This document shows, in pieces, positions 25,029 through 31,989 of a stretch of 31,989 nucleotides of DNA (position 1 is its first letter; every line of letters begins with the position of its first letter). The translations under genes and the position numbers were made by a program. Below the pieces are notes generated by a model that made no database searches, was not told the origin of the DNA, and was given only the letters and a program-made list of their open reading frames with translations. Source of the stretch: an uncultured Planctomycetales bacterium (GTDB taxonomy: Bacteria; Planctomycetota; Phycisphaerae; UBA1845; JAFGLZ01); NCBI GenBank assembly GCA_964390905.1, contig CAYMLO010000119.1, forward strand, positions 1 to 31,989, in the 5' to 3' direction.

Positions 25029-25049
25029 GGATCGATCGCCGATCGATCC
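25029..25049. terminator. GATC-rich 9-bp perfect inverted repeat GGATCGATC-gcc-GATCGATCC between convergent genes; possible bidirectional terminator hairpin.
   Basis: Seen in sequence at 25029-25049. It lies between the methyltransferase stop (24955) and the stop of the sialidase-like gene (25062). No flanking U-tract. Confidence 0.3.
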
Positions 25050-25061
25050 TGGGATCGCTCC

Positions 25062-26213
25062 CTAACGGTCGCGGCTCTGATGCTCAGGCGTCCAGATCGT
25101 CGCGGCGATGTACCGGTCCTGGTCGGCGCGGTCATTGAAGTAGTAGACCGTCACGATCCTGCCGTCCGGCGTCTGGACGGTTCGCGGATAGCCCAGATCC
25201 CGACAGCCTCCGTCGTCGCGCAGGATGATCTCCGGTCCCCAGGTCTTGCCCTGGTTTGTGCTGAGTCTGGCGCGAATGCCGAAGGGCGCGGCGCGGTAGC
25301 CATAAGTGATGCACACCCGGCCGTCCTGAAGCACGATCATGCTGGCGGGATTTCCCTCGCCGGTGTCGGGAGCGGGCGTGCTGAGATGCCGCCAGGTCTT
25401 GCCGTTGTCGGTCGAGACGTAGGCGTCGATCCAACGCTTCGGCCCCTCGCGTCGCCGCACGGCCGTCAGCAAGCGCCGCTGCGACAGGCGGACCGTCGAG
25501 GGCATGATGCCGAATCCGTCCGGCTCCGGACCGATCCACGACACGAAGTCCCACGTTTTGCCGCCATTCGTGGTTCGGACACACAGCGGCCGGCCCTCCC
25601 GACCGTTCGACTTCGCCGCCGTCAAGAACAGCATGCAGTCTTTCGGACCGTTGACGATGTAGTCCGTCCGCGCGGCGATCCCCTTCCGACCGAAGAGGGG
25701 CAGCTTGAACGGTCCCGACCACGTGACGCATCGGTCGGTGGACCAATAGAACCGGGAGGCGCCGGTGTGAACGCTCCACATGCGAACCGTCATCGCGAAA
25801 TCGGGATGGGTAAAGTCGATCCCGCCCGGACAGTCGATCGGCTTGGCCTCGACAAGGCCCGGGGGACGCGTGCCGTGCAGCCCCGGGCCTTGCGGAATCA
25901 GCACGCCCTTGGCCGAGGGGTTCTCGATCCGCCACGTCACGCCGCCGTCCCGGCTCCGGGCCAACAGGTGTTCCTCCGGCCGCTTGCGATCGATGTGGTG
26001 CCGCGTCGGTCCCAGGTCCTTGTAGTAGCCCGCGCTGAACCCGACGACGATCTCGTTGCCCCACGACCAGATCCCGTGGTTGGCGGGCCAACCGCCGAAA
26101 CGTCCGGGCTTCTTGTAGACGTCCACGTGCTTCACGATCGCTGCCCCCTTCGAACCGAACGCCCCCGCAGGGACGGCCACCATCGTCATGACGGACACAA
26201 GTGCGAAACGCAT
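25062..26213 (-). CDS. Secreted BNR-repeat / sialidase-fold (exo-alpha-sialidase-like) beta-propeller glycoside hydrolase.
   Basis: Signal peptide MRFALVSVMTMVAVPAGAFG. Four Asp-box (SxDxGxTW) repeats: SRDGGVTW, TTNGGKTW, STDNGKTW, STNQGKTW. 383 aa. Confidence 0.7.
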   Translation of the reverse strand: MRFALVSVMTMVAVPAGAFGSKGAAIVKHVDVYKKPGRFGGWPANHGIWSWGNEIVVGFSAGYYKDLGPTRHHIDRKRPEEHLLARSRDGGVTWRIENPSAKGVLIPQGPGLHGTRPPGLVEAKPIDCPGGIDFTHPDFAMTVRMWSVHTGASRFYWSTDRCVTWSGPFKLPLFGRKGIAARTDYIVNGPKDCMLFLTAAKSNGREGRPLCVRTTNGGKTWDFVSWIGPEPDGFGIMPSTVRLSQRRLLTAVRRREGPKRWIDAYVSTDNGKTWRHLSTPAPDTGEGNPASMIVLQDGRVCITYGYRAAPFGIRARLSTNQGKTWGPEIILRDDGGCRDLGYPRTVQTPDGRIVTVYYFNDRADQDRYIAATIWTPEHQSRDR

Positions 26214-26253
26214 GAGAGAAACGCTACCTCCCGCAAGCGGAACCCCGCCCGCG

Positions 26254-29028
26254 CTACTCCGTCTCCAGCCAGTTCTCCCCGTAGGCGACGTTGACCTTGA
26301 CGGGCACGTTGAGCGTCATGGCCGACTCCATCTCGTGGCGAACCATGTCCACCTCAACGTCGACGGCGTCCTTGGGCACCTCGAAGACGAGTTCGTCGTG
26401 CACTTGGATGAGCATACGGCTGGGCCGGGCCTCGTCGCGGATGCGGCGGTGGATGCTGATCATCGCGCGTTTGATCAGGTCGGCGGCGCTGCCCTGGATG
26501 ACGGTGTTGACGGCCAATCGTTCGGCCGCCGAGCGGGCGGGTCGGGTGCGGGCGTTGATGTCGGGGATCGCGCGCCGCCGGCCGAGGATCGTCTCGACGT
26601 AGCCCTGGGACTTGGCCTGCTCGATGCATCGATCGATGAAGGCCCGCACGCCATGATAGCGCATGAAATACATGTCGATGAAGGTGCGGGCCTCGCCGAC
26701 GCTCATGCCGGTCTGACGGCTGAGCCCGAACGCCCCCTGTCCGTAGAGGATGCCGAAGTTGACGGCCTTGGCCCGGCTGCGCTGCTCCTTCGTGACGTCC
26801 TTGGGCTCGATGCCGGCCACCTGGGCGGCCACGAACCGGTGGATGTCCTGGTCCTCGGCGAACGCACGGCAGAGGTTCTCGTCGCCGCTGAAGTGGGCGG
26901 CCAGCCTCAGCTCGATCTGGCTGTAGTCGGCCGTGAGCAGGACGTGGTCCTTTTGTCCGGGCACGAACGCGCGGCGGATCTGCCGCCCGATCTCCGTGCG
27001 GATGGGGATGTTCTGCAGATTCGGGTCGCTGCTGGACAATCGGCCGGTGATCGCGCCGGTCTGGTGGAAGCTGGCGTGGATCCGGTCGGTTCGAGGGCAG
27101 ATCATGTCGGGCAGCGTATCGACGTACGTGCCCTTCAGCTTGCTCAGCTCACGGTAGGCGAGCACCTCGCGTGCGATCTCGCTATCGTGCCGTGCGACCA
27201 GCTCGGTCAGCGTCGCCGCGTCGGTGCTCCGACCGGTCTTGGTCTTGCGGATCACCGGCAGCCCGAGTTCGTCGAAGAGCACTTCGGCGAACTGCTTGGT
27301 GGAGTCGATGTTGAAGGGCCGGTCGGCCAAGGCGTGGATCCGGTCGGTCAGCCCGGCCAGTCGGTCGGCCATCGTCTTGCTCATCTCGCCGAGGAGCTCG
27401 GCGTCGAGCGTCACGCCGTTGTACTCCATGTCCGCCAACACCTGGACCAACGGCATCTCCGTTTCCGCGAACAGCGTCTTGAGCGCCGCGTCCTCGCCTA
27501 GCTGCTGACGAAACAGCTCACACAGCCGCCAGGTGAAATCGGCGTCTTCGGCGGCGTACTCGGCCACGCGGGAGATGTCGACCTGATCGATCGAGAGCTG
27601 GTCCTTGCCCTTGCCGATCAGGTCGGTGATCGGGATCATCCGGTGGTCGAACAGCTCGGAGGCCAGGGCGTCGAGCGAATGGCTTCGGCGGGACGAGTCG
27701 AGCACGAAGCTGGCGATCAGACTGTCGAAATCCGCGCCGCGGACCTCGATGCCGGCCGTCCGCAAGACGGACAGATCGTACTTGAGGTTGTGGCCACACT
27801 TGGCCACGTCGGGATTCGCGAAGACGGGCCCCAGGATCGCGATGACCTTCTCTAGGGGCACCGTCCGCCCCGCCAGGCCGCGAACGGGCACGTAGCAGGC
27901 CTTCTCGGGCTCCCACGAGAACGACAGACCCACCAGATCCGCCTCGACGGGCTGCAGGCTGGTCGTTTCGGTGTCGAAGGCGAACCGGTCGAGCTTGGCG
28001 AGCTGCTTGGCCAACCGTTTGAGCTTCGGCTCGGTATCGACCAGGTCGTACGCGCCTTTGGGTGGCGCGGTCATGTCGATGCGCGTCCCGGTTCCCTCAG
28101 TCGTCTCGTCTTTGACCTCCTCGTCCTTGGCCGGCGCGGGTTTGGCCGGCTTCTTCGGGGCGGCCTCGGCTTCGCCCAACTGCTGCAGCAGCCGGGTGAA
28201 GTTCAGCTCCTCGAAGATGGGTGCCAACGCTTCCCGTTCGAATCCCTCGAACCGGCACGCGGCCAAATCGAAATCCATCGGCACGTCGTCGCGAAGCGTC
28301 ACCAGCTGTCGGGTCAGCGGCATCTGCTCTGCGAAGGCCTGGACGTTCTGGCGCTGCTTGGGCGTCAGCTCGTCGGCGTGGGCCAGGACACCCTCGGCCG
28401 ACCCATACTTGGCGATCAGCTTGGCGGCCGTCTTGACCCCGATGCCGACCACGCCCGGGACGTTGTCCGTGCTGTCGCCCGTTAGGGTCTGGATGTCGAT
28501 GGCTTGCTCGGGACGGTAGCCCTTCTTGGCCTCGACGGCAGCCGCATCGATCTCCTCGTCCTTGCCGGGGTCGTATAGGATCACGCGGTCGGTCAAGAGC
28601 TGCTCGAGATCCTTGTCGCGGCTGACGATGACGACCCGGAGGTCGGGGTGTTCGTCGGCGACCCGTCGCGCGATCGTGGCGATCAGGTCGTCGGCTTCGA
28701 ACCCCGGTTTGACCAGCAGCGGGATCCCCGCCGCCCGAACGATCTCGAGCATGCGATCGTGCTGCGGGCCGAAGTCGTCGGGAGGCGGTTCGCGGTTGGC
28801 CTTGTACGCGTCGTACAGCTCGGCGCGAAAGACCGGCGCCTCGTCCGTGTCGATGACCATGGCCAGGTAGTCCGGTTTGCGAGCCCGCACCAGGCCAAAC
28901 AGCATCTGGCAAAAGACGTAGGTTCCCCGGGTTGGCTCGCCGGATGGGGCGCTTAAGTCACGAAACGGGGCGTAGTAACAACGGAAGATCTGCGCGTGGC
29001 CGTCAATGAGGTGGAGCGTTTCAGGCAT
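26254..29028 (-). CDS. polA: DNA polymerase I (5'-3' exonuclease, 3'-5' exonuclease and polymerase domains).
   Basis: Full three-domain architecture. Pol motif A LLTADYSQIELRLAAHFSGDE, motif B RSRAKAVNFGILYG, motif C VHDELVFE. The track start at 29097 is TTG. ATG at 29028 (MPETLHLIDGHAQIF) is preceded by GGGAAGGAA and was chosen. 924 aa. Confidence 0.95.
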   Translation of the reverse strand: MPETLHLIDGHAQIFRCYYAPFRDLSAPSGEPTRGTYVFCQMLFGLVRARKPDYLAMVIDTDEAPVFRAELYDAYKANREPPPDDFGPQHDRMLEIVRAAGIPLLVKPGFEADDLIATIARRVADEHPDLRVVIVSRDKDLEQLLTDRVILYDPGKDEEIDAAAVEAKKGYRPEQAIDIQTLTGDSTDNVPGVVGIGVKTAAKLIAKYGSAEGVLAHADELTPKQRQNVQAFAEQMPLTRQLVTLRDDVPMDFDLAACRFEGFEREALAPIFEELNFTRLLQQLGEAEAAPKKPAKPAPAKDEEVKDETTEGTGTRIDMTAPPKGAYDLVDTEPKLKRLAKQLAKLDRFAFDTETTSLQPVEADLVGLSFSWEPEKACYVPVRGLAGRTVPLEKVIAILGPVFANPDVAKCGHNLKYDLSVLRTAGIEVRGADFDSLIASFVLDSSRRSHSLDALASELFDHRMIPITDLIGKGKDQLSIDQVDISRVAEYAAEDADFTWRLCELFRQQLGEDAALKTLFAETEMPLVQVLADMEYNGVTLDAELLGEMSKTMADRLAGLTDRIHALADRPFNIDSTKQFAEVLFDELGLPVIRKTKTGRSTDAATLTELVARHDSEIAREVLAYRELSKLKGTYVDTLPDMICPRTDRIHASFHQTGAITGRLSSSDPNLQNIPIRTEIGRQIRRAFVPGQKDHVLLTADYSQIELRLAAHFSGDENLCRAFAEDQDIHRFVAAQVAGIEPKDVTKEQRSRAKAVNFGILYGQGAFGLSRQTGMSVGEARTFIDMYFMRYHGVRAFIDRCIEQAKSQGYVETILGRRRAIPDINARTRPARSAAERLAVNTVIQGSAADLIKRAMISIHRRIRDEARPSRMLIQVHDELVFEVPKDAVDVEVDMVRHEMESAMTLNVPVKVNVAYGENWLETE

Positions 29029-29217
29029 CGTGGGTTCCTTCCCGGACGGCGCTGACGTGGCCCGATGGAGCCTACCCCCACAGGAAGGTCGGGTCAAGGT
29101 CGCCCCTTTTCGGCCCCCTCGGCGAGGCTATAATACCCACAGGATGGTCTTGTGCCTCCTGCGACACCGGATTCGATCGTCGGGGTCGCTGATCTTCCGT
29201 AGCCGTTCACGTCTGCG

Positions 29218-30345
29218 GTGATGCGAACAAGGGATTGGGTGCTGGAACGGGGACGAGCCGAGATGATCCTGGGACAGTGGGACCTGAGGTCTCAAGCCCG
29301 TGTCCATTCCCCGGCAGGGCCGAAGCGGGGATTCACCCTCATCGAGCTGCTCGTGGTGGTGGCCATCATCGCGTTGCTGATCGCTATCCTGCTTCCGTCT
29401 CTGGCCGGTGCACGCGCCCAGGCCCGGACGACGGTCTGCGCCTCGCGGATCAGCCAGCTCGGCAAGGCTCTGTTCAACTATGCCGACCACTACGACGAGT
29501 ACCCACCCTTCATGGGCTGCACGCCCGGCAAAGGCTGGCCGGTCCTGGACGACCACGTCGGGGGGATCTGCGACCCGAACGAAGACTGGATCTTCTCGCT
29601 GCCCGGGATGTGGACGACCAAGGAGGAATGGCAGGACAACTTCTACCGCGCCCGGGAGGAGGAGTGGGTCGACGTCGTTCCGGTGCCCCAGAGCGGGACA
29701 TTGTTCAAGTACGCCCGATTTGCGGCCTTGTATCGCTGCCCGGACTTCGAACGGGTCAGCGATTCGGATAAGACGCAGAACGCGTTCAACTTCACACGTC
29801 CGGAGTGGGGCAGGAAGTTCCGGTGCCCGGGGGGTCGGCCTGGAGAGATCGGTTGGGCCGGTTTCCCGGAAGAGGGCGGGTGGGTCAGCGACGCCGGGAT
29901 TCCGTACGGCGATTTCAAGGGGCATATCCTACGACTGAGCGCCGCCTACGCCCCGGCCATGCTACCCATGCTCATCGACGAACAGTGGGACCGCCACGTC
30001 GCCCGGCCACCCGCCATGTTCGAATCGCCGATCGAGTACTTCAAACACCACTGGATGGACACCGATCCGCTCATGTGCACCGACGACGAGGTGGCCCAGT
30101 ATCACGGCCAGCCGGTCATCGAGTCGGAATTCTACGATCCGGAGAAGCCCTTCAAGAGAGGCAGCATCTTCTACTACGATGGACATGTGGATCTCCGCCG
30201 CGATCCGGCTCCCTCAGACGATCCCGGCAAACGCGATACCGAGACCAACCTCCGCAAAATGCCCGGCGCTCTGAAGAACGTGGCAGAGGCGGTCTTCGCC
30301 CAACGGGGGTTGCAGTCGCCGATTCCGATACCGAAGCTGTGGTAG
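29218..30345 (+). CDS. DUF1559 protein with a prepilin-type N-terminal cleavage/methylation domain (Planctomycetota-type pseudopilin-like protein).
   Basis: KRGFTLIELLVVVAIIALLIAILLPSLAGARAQARTTVCASRISQLGKAL is the class III signal / N-methylation motif plus transmembrane helix. The C-terminus (IFYYDGHVDLRRD) is typical of DUF1559. The start could be 29218, 29221 or 29263 (MILGQW...). Confidence 0.8.
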   Translation: MMRTRDWVLERGRAEMILGQWDLRSQARVHSPAGPKRGFTLIELLVVVAIIALLIAILLPSLAGARAQARTTVCASRISQLGKALFNYADHYDEYPPFMGCTPGKGWPVLDDHVGGICDPNEDWIFSLPGMWTTKEEWQDNFYRAREEEWVDVVPVPQSGTLFKYARFAALYRCPDFERVSDSDKTQNAFNFTRPEWGRKFRCPGGRPGEIGWAGFPEEGGWVSDAGIPYGDFKGHILRLSAAYAPAMLPMLIDEQWDRHVARPPAMFESPIEYFKHHWMDTDPLMCTDDEVAQYHGQPVIESEFYDPEKPFKRGSIFYYDGHVDLRRDPAPSDDPGKRDTETNLRKMPGALKNVAEAVFAQRGLQSPIPIPKLW

Positions 30346-30508
30346 TCTTCATGCAGCAACGTTCTGCCCCAGCCGCTCTGGGGCACCTCCCCGGGGCATC
30401 TGGGGCTTTGTGTGTTCCGGAGGCGCGCCTCCGGCTTGGCCCGCACTCGAGAATCGAGTAGGTTTGGGGTCACGCTCAGCCGCTTGCGGGAGTCCGTGCG
30501 TGGCCGTC

Positions 30509-31989
30509 ATGTGCCAGATTGCCCTGCTTGGTGCCGTCCCTGGGTCGACCGCGGTGGGGGTGCCTTCCCCCGGATTCCTCCTGGGGCTGATGTTGTTCGT
30601 GGGGATCGCCTTCGGGGCGGCCGCGCGCTTCGTCCATCTGCCTCGCGTCATCGGTTATCTGATTGGCGGCGTTTGCCTCAAGCTGGCGCTGGCGGCGTTT
30701 GTGTCGTCATCTGCCGCCGCGGGGGGGGCAGGCCCGGCGGATGCGTCCAGTCCGCTGGCGTTTGCCGAAGCGATCCGGGCGGTCGGGGGAGGATCGGCGC
30801 CGCTCGCCCCGGTCTATGACGTCGTCCTGGGTCTGATCATGTTCACGCTCGGCGGCGTCTTCGAGCGGAAGCACCTCTCCCGCGTGGGTCACCGTGTCAG
30901 CCGTCTCAGTCTGGCCGAGTGCGGCGTGACGTTGGGGTGTGTCGGACTCGGGTGTTTTGTCCTTCTGCTGCTAACGGGATCTGGTCGGATCGGGGAGCGG
31001 TGTGCGTTCGCTCTCCTGCTGGGCATCGCGGGCATCGCCACGGCGCCGGCCGCTACGCTGTTGGTTCTTCGGGAGTACCAGGCCAAGGGACCGATGACGG
31101 ACTCCACACTGACCTTGGTCGGGCTGAACAACATCATCAGCACGGTGCTGTTTCACGTGGCGTTTCTGGCCCTGGCGGGAACGGGGGTGATCGAGTCGAG
31201 CCTGGCCCCGGATCGGGCGGTATGGCTGGACCTGATGATGGTGACGGTGGGGAGCATCGTGCTCGGCGGAGTGCTGGGTTTGCTGATCAGCGTTGCCCAC
31301 GCCAAACTGTCGATCGGCGAGACGATGCTGGTCTTCATGGGGATCGTCCTGGCGTTGGGGGCGGGGCGAAACTGGTTGGCCGACGAGCCAATCGGTCTAT
31401 CCTTCAACTTCATGCTGACCGCGCTGTTCATGGGGGCGACGTTTACCAACGTCGCCATTGACGGCGAGCGGCTGACCGAGGCGTTGAGGCCCATCTCCAC
31501 CCCGCTGTTTGCGGCCTTCTTCGTGCTGGCCGGATACGACCTGCATCTGGATGAGTTGACCCGCCTCGGCTGGTTGGGGGGTGGGTACGTCGTCCTCCGC
31601 ACGGTGGGGAAGATCGTCGGTGGCACGATCGGCGCGCGGTGGGCGGGGGAGTTGGAGAACGTCAAGCCAACCATCGGCGCCGCCCTAGTCTGTCAGGCCG
31701 GTGTCGCCATCGGGCTCGCCGTCTTTCTGGCCGAACACTGGCCCAGCCCGTTGGCTGACACCTTCACGACCGTCATCTTCGGATCGGTGGCCCTGTTCGA
31801 GTTGACGGGACCGCTCGGCGTCAAGTGGGTCGCCGTGCGAGCGGGCGAGGTGAAAGCCGTCACGTTGCTCAGGCGAGCCAAGCCCGCGCCGGTCGAGGGG
31901 GTGTCTTCGACGCTGACCATCGTCGGATCGATGCTGCGGCTGCTGGGCGTGAAACGGGATCAGGTCATCGGGGAGCACTACAGCCGGGT
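30509..31989 (+). CDS. Cation:proton antiporter (CPA/Na+-H+ exchanger family, KefB-like membrane domain). 3'-truncated by the window end.
   Basis: Frame 2 is open from about 30440 to the window end (not in the track because there is no stop). Multiple TM helices, e.g. FLLGLMLFVGIAFGAAARFVHLPRVIGYLIGGVCL (first TM plus the antiporter signature 'P.V.GYL.GG'), LTLVGLNNIISTVLFHVAFLALAG, ETMLVFMGIVLALGAGRN, PLFAAFFVLAGYDL. The start is uncertain: ATG 30509, GTG 30560 or ATG 30590. Confidence 0.7.
   Translation, partial: MCQIALLGAVPGSTAVGVPSPGFLLGLMLFVGIAFGAAARFVHLPRVIGYLIGGVCLKLALAAFVSSSAAAGGAGPADASSPLAFAEAIRAVGGGSAPLAPVYDVVLGLIMFTLGGVFERKHLSRVGHRVSRLSLAECGVTLGCVGLGCFVLLLLTGSGRIGERCAFALLLGIAGIATAPAATLLVLREYQAKGPMTDSTLTLVGLNNIISTVLFHVAFLALAGTGVIESSLAPDRAVWLDLMMVTVGSIVLGGVLGLLISVAHAKLSIGETMLVFMGIVLALGAGRNWLADEPIGLSFNFMLTALFMGATFTNVAIDGERLTEALRPISTPLFAAFFVLAGYDLHLDELTRLGWLGGGYVVLRTVGKIVGGTIGARWAGELENVKPTIGAALVCQAGVAIGLAVFLAEHWPSPLADTFTTVIFGSVALFELTGPLGVKWVAVRAGEVKAVTLLRRAKPAPVEGVSSTLTIVGSMLRLLGVKRDQVIGEHYSR

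Noticed and set aside
25132-26091. 319-aa minus-strand alternative frame inside the sialidase-like gene, and 25080-26294(+) antisense ORF.
   Set aside because: The Asp-box (SxDxGxTW) motifs appear four times only in the 25062-26213 frame. The others are Arg/Gly-rich.
26188-27501. 437-aa plus-strand ORF antisense to polA.
   Set aside because: polA motifs A, B and C are unambiguous on the minus strand. The antisense ORF is low complexity.
30412-31674. Track ORFs 30412-30819(+), 30919-31461(+) and 31153-31674(-) across the antiporter region.
   Set aside because: Frame 2 (+) carries a continuous multi-TM cation/proton antiporter sequence to the window end. The listed ORFs are other frames or antisense and are Arg/Gly-rich.
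1-31989. tRNA, rRNA or other structured-RNA genes, and mobile elements (transposase, integrase or terminal inverted repeats).
   Set aside because: All intergenic gaps were scanned for tRNA hallmarks (GTTCRANYC T-loop, CCA-proximal acceptor pairing) and none were found. No transposase or integrase-like ORF is present. The only long IR (23656-23754) is too short to encode anything.

Overview
This is a GC-rich, gene-dense chromosomal segment with about 26 protein-coding genes and no rRNA, tRNA, CRISPR array or obvious mobile element. It most likely comes from a Planctomycetota-type genome: the strongest marker is a DUF1559 'prepilin-type N-terminal cleavage/methylation' protein with GFTLIELLVVVAIIALLIA, alongside several signal-peptide glycan-active proteins. 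Many alternative-frame ORFs in the track are GC-driven artefacts.

Main content, in order:
- 1-4.5 kb: a 5'-truncated hypothetical gene, a membrane/zinc-ribbon protein, lysA, and an AMP-forming acyl-CoA synthetase.
- 4.5-10.4 kb: a seven-gene minus-strand acyl-CoA operon. It encodes an acyl-CoA dehydrogenase, a MaoC hot-dog hydratase, a PHP phosphoesterase, two SCP-x-type thiolase-fold proteins that appear to lack the nucleophilic Cys, and two DUF35 Zn-ribbon/OB-fold proteins. The gene set matches an Ltp2/ChsH-style retro-aldol (aldolase-type) beta-oxidation module rather than a classical thiolase system. This is the most interesting candidate in the window.
- 10.6-11.7 kb: a divergent Gfo/Idh/MocA oxidoreductase.
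- 11.9-15.9 kb: two large secreted proteins (LamG plus beta-propeller; TIM-barrel-like).
- 16.2-19.3 kb: a three-gene 2-hydroxyacyl-CoA dehydratase / benzoyl-CoA reductase-type radical enzyme set, with two Cys-ligand 'D-component' subunits and a BadF/BcrA/HgdC-type ATPase activator.
- 19.4-20.5 kb: a tandem RidA/YjgF-domain protein, followed by a 540-bp intergenic region with an AT-rich island.
- 21.1-23.6 kb: an NfeD-flotillin pair. The NfeD carries an unusual His/Asp-rich 7-residue tandem repeat, and a 26-bp perfect inverted-repeat element follows the flotillin gene.
- 23.8-31.99 kb: an RsmC-like methyltransferase, a BNR sialidase-like secreted protein, DNA polymerase I, the DUF1559 protein, and a 3'-truncated cation/proton antiporter.

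Several ORF-track starts look over-extended and were re-placed on RBS-supported internal start codons.
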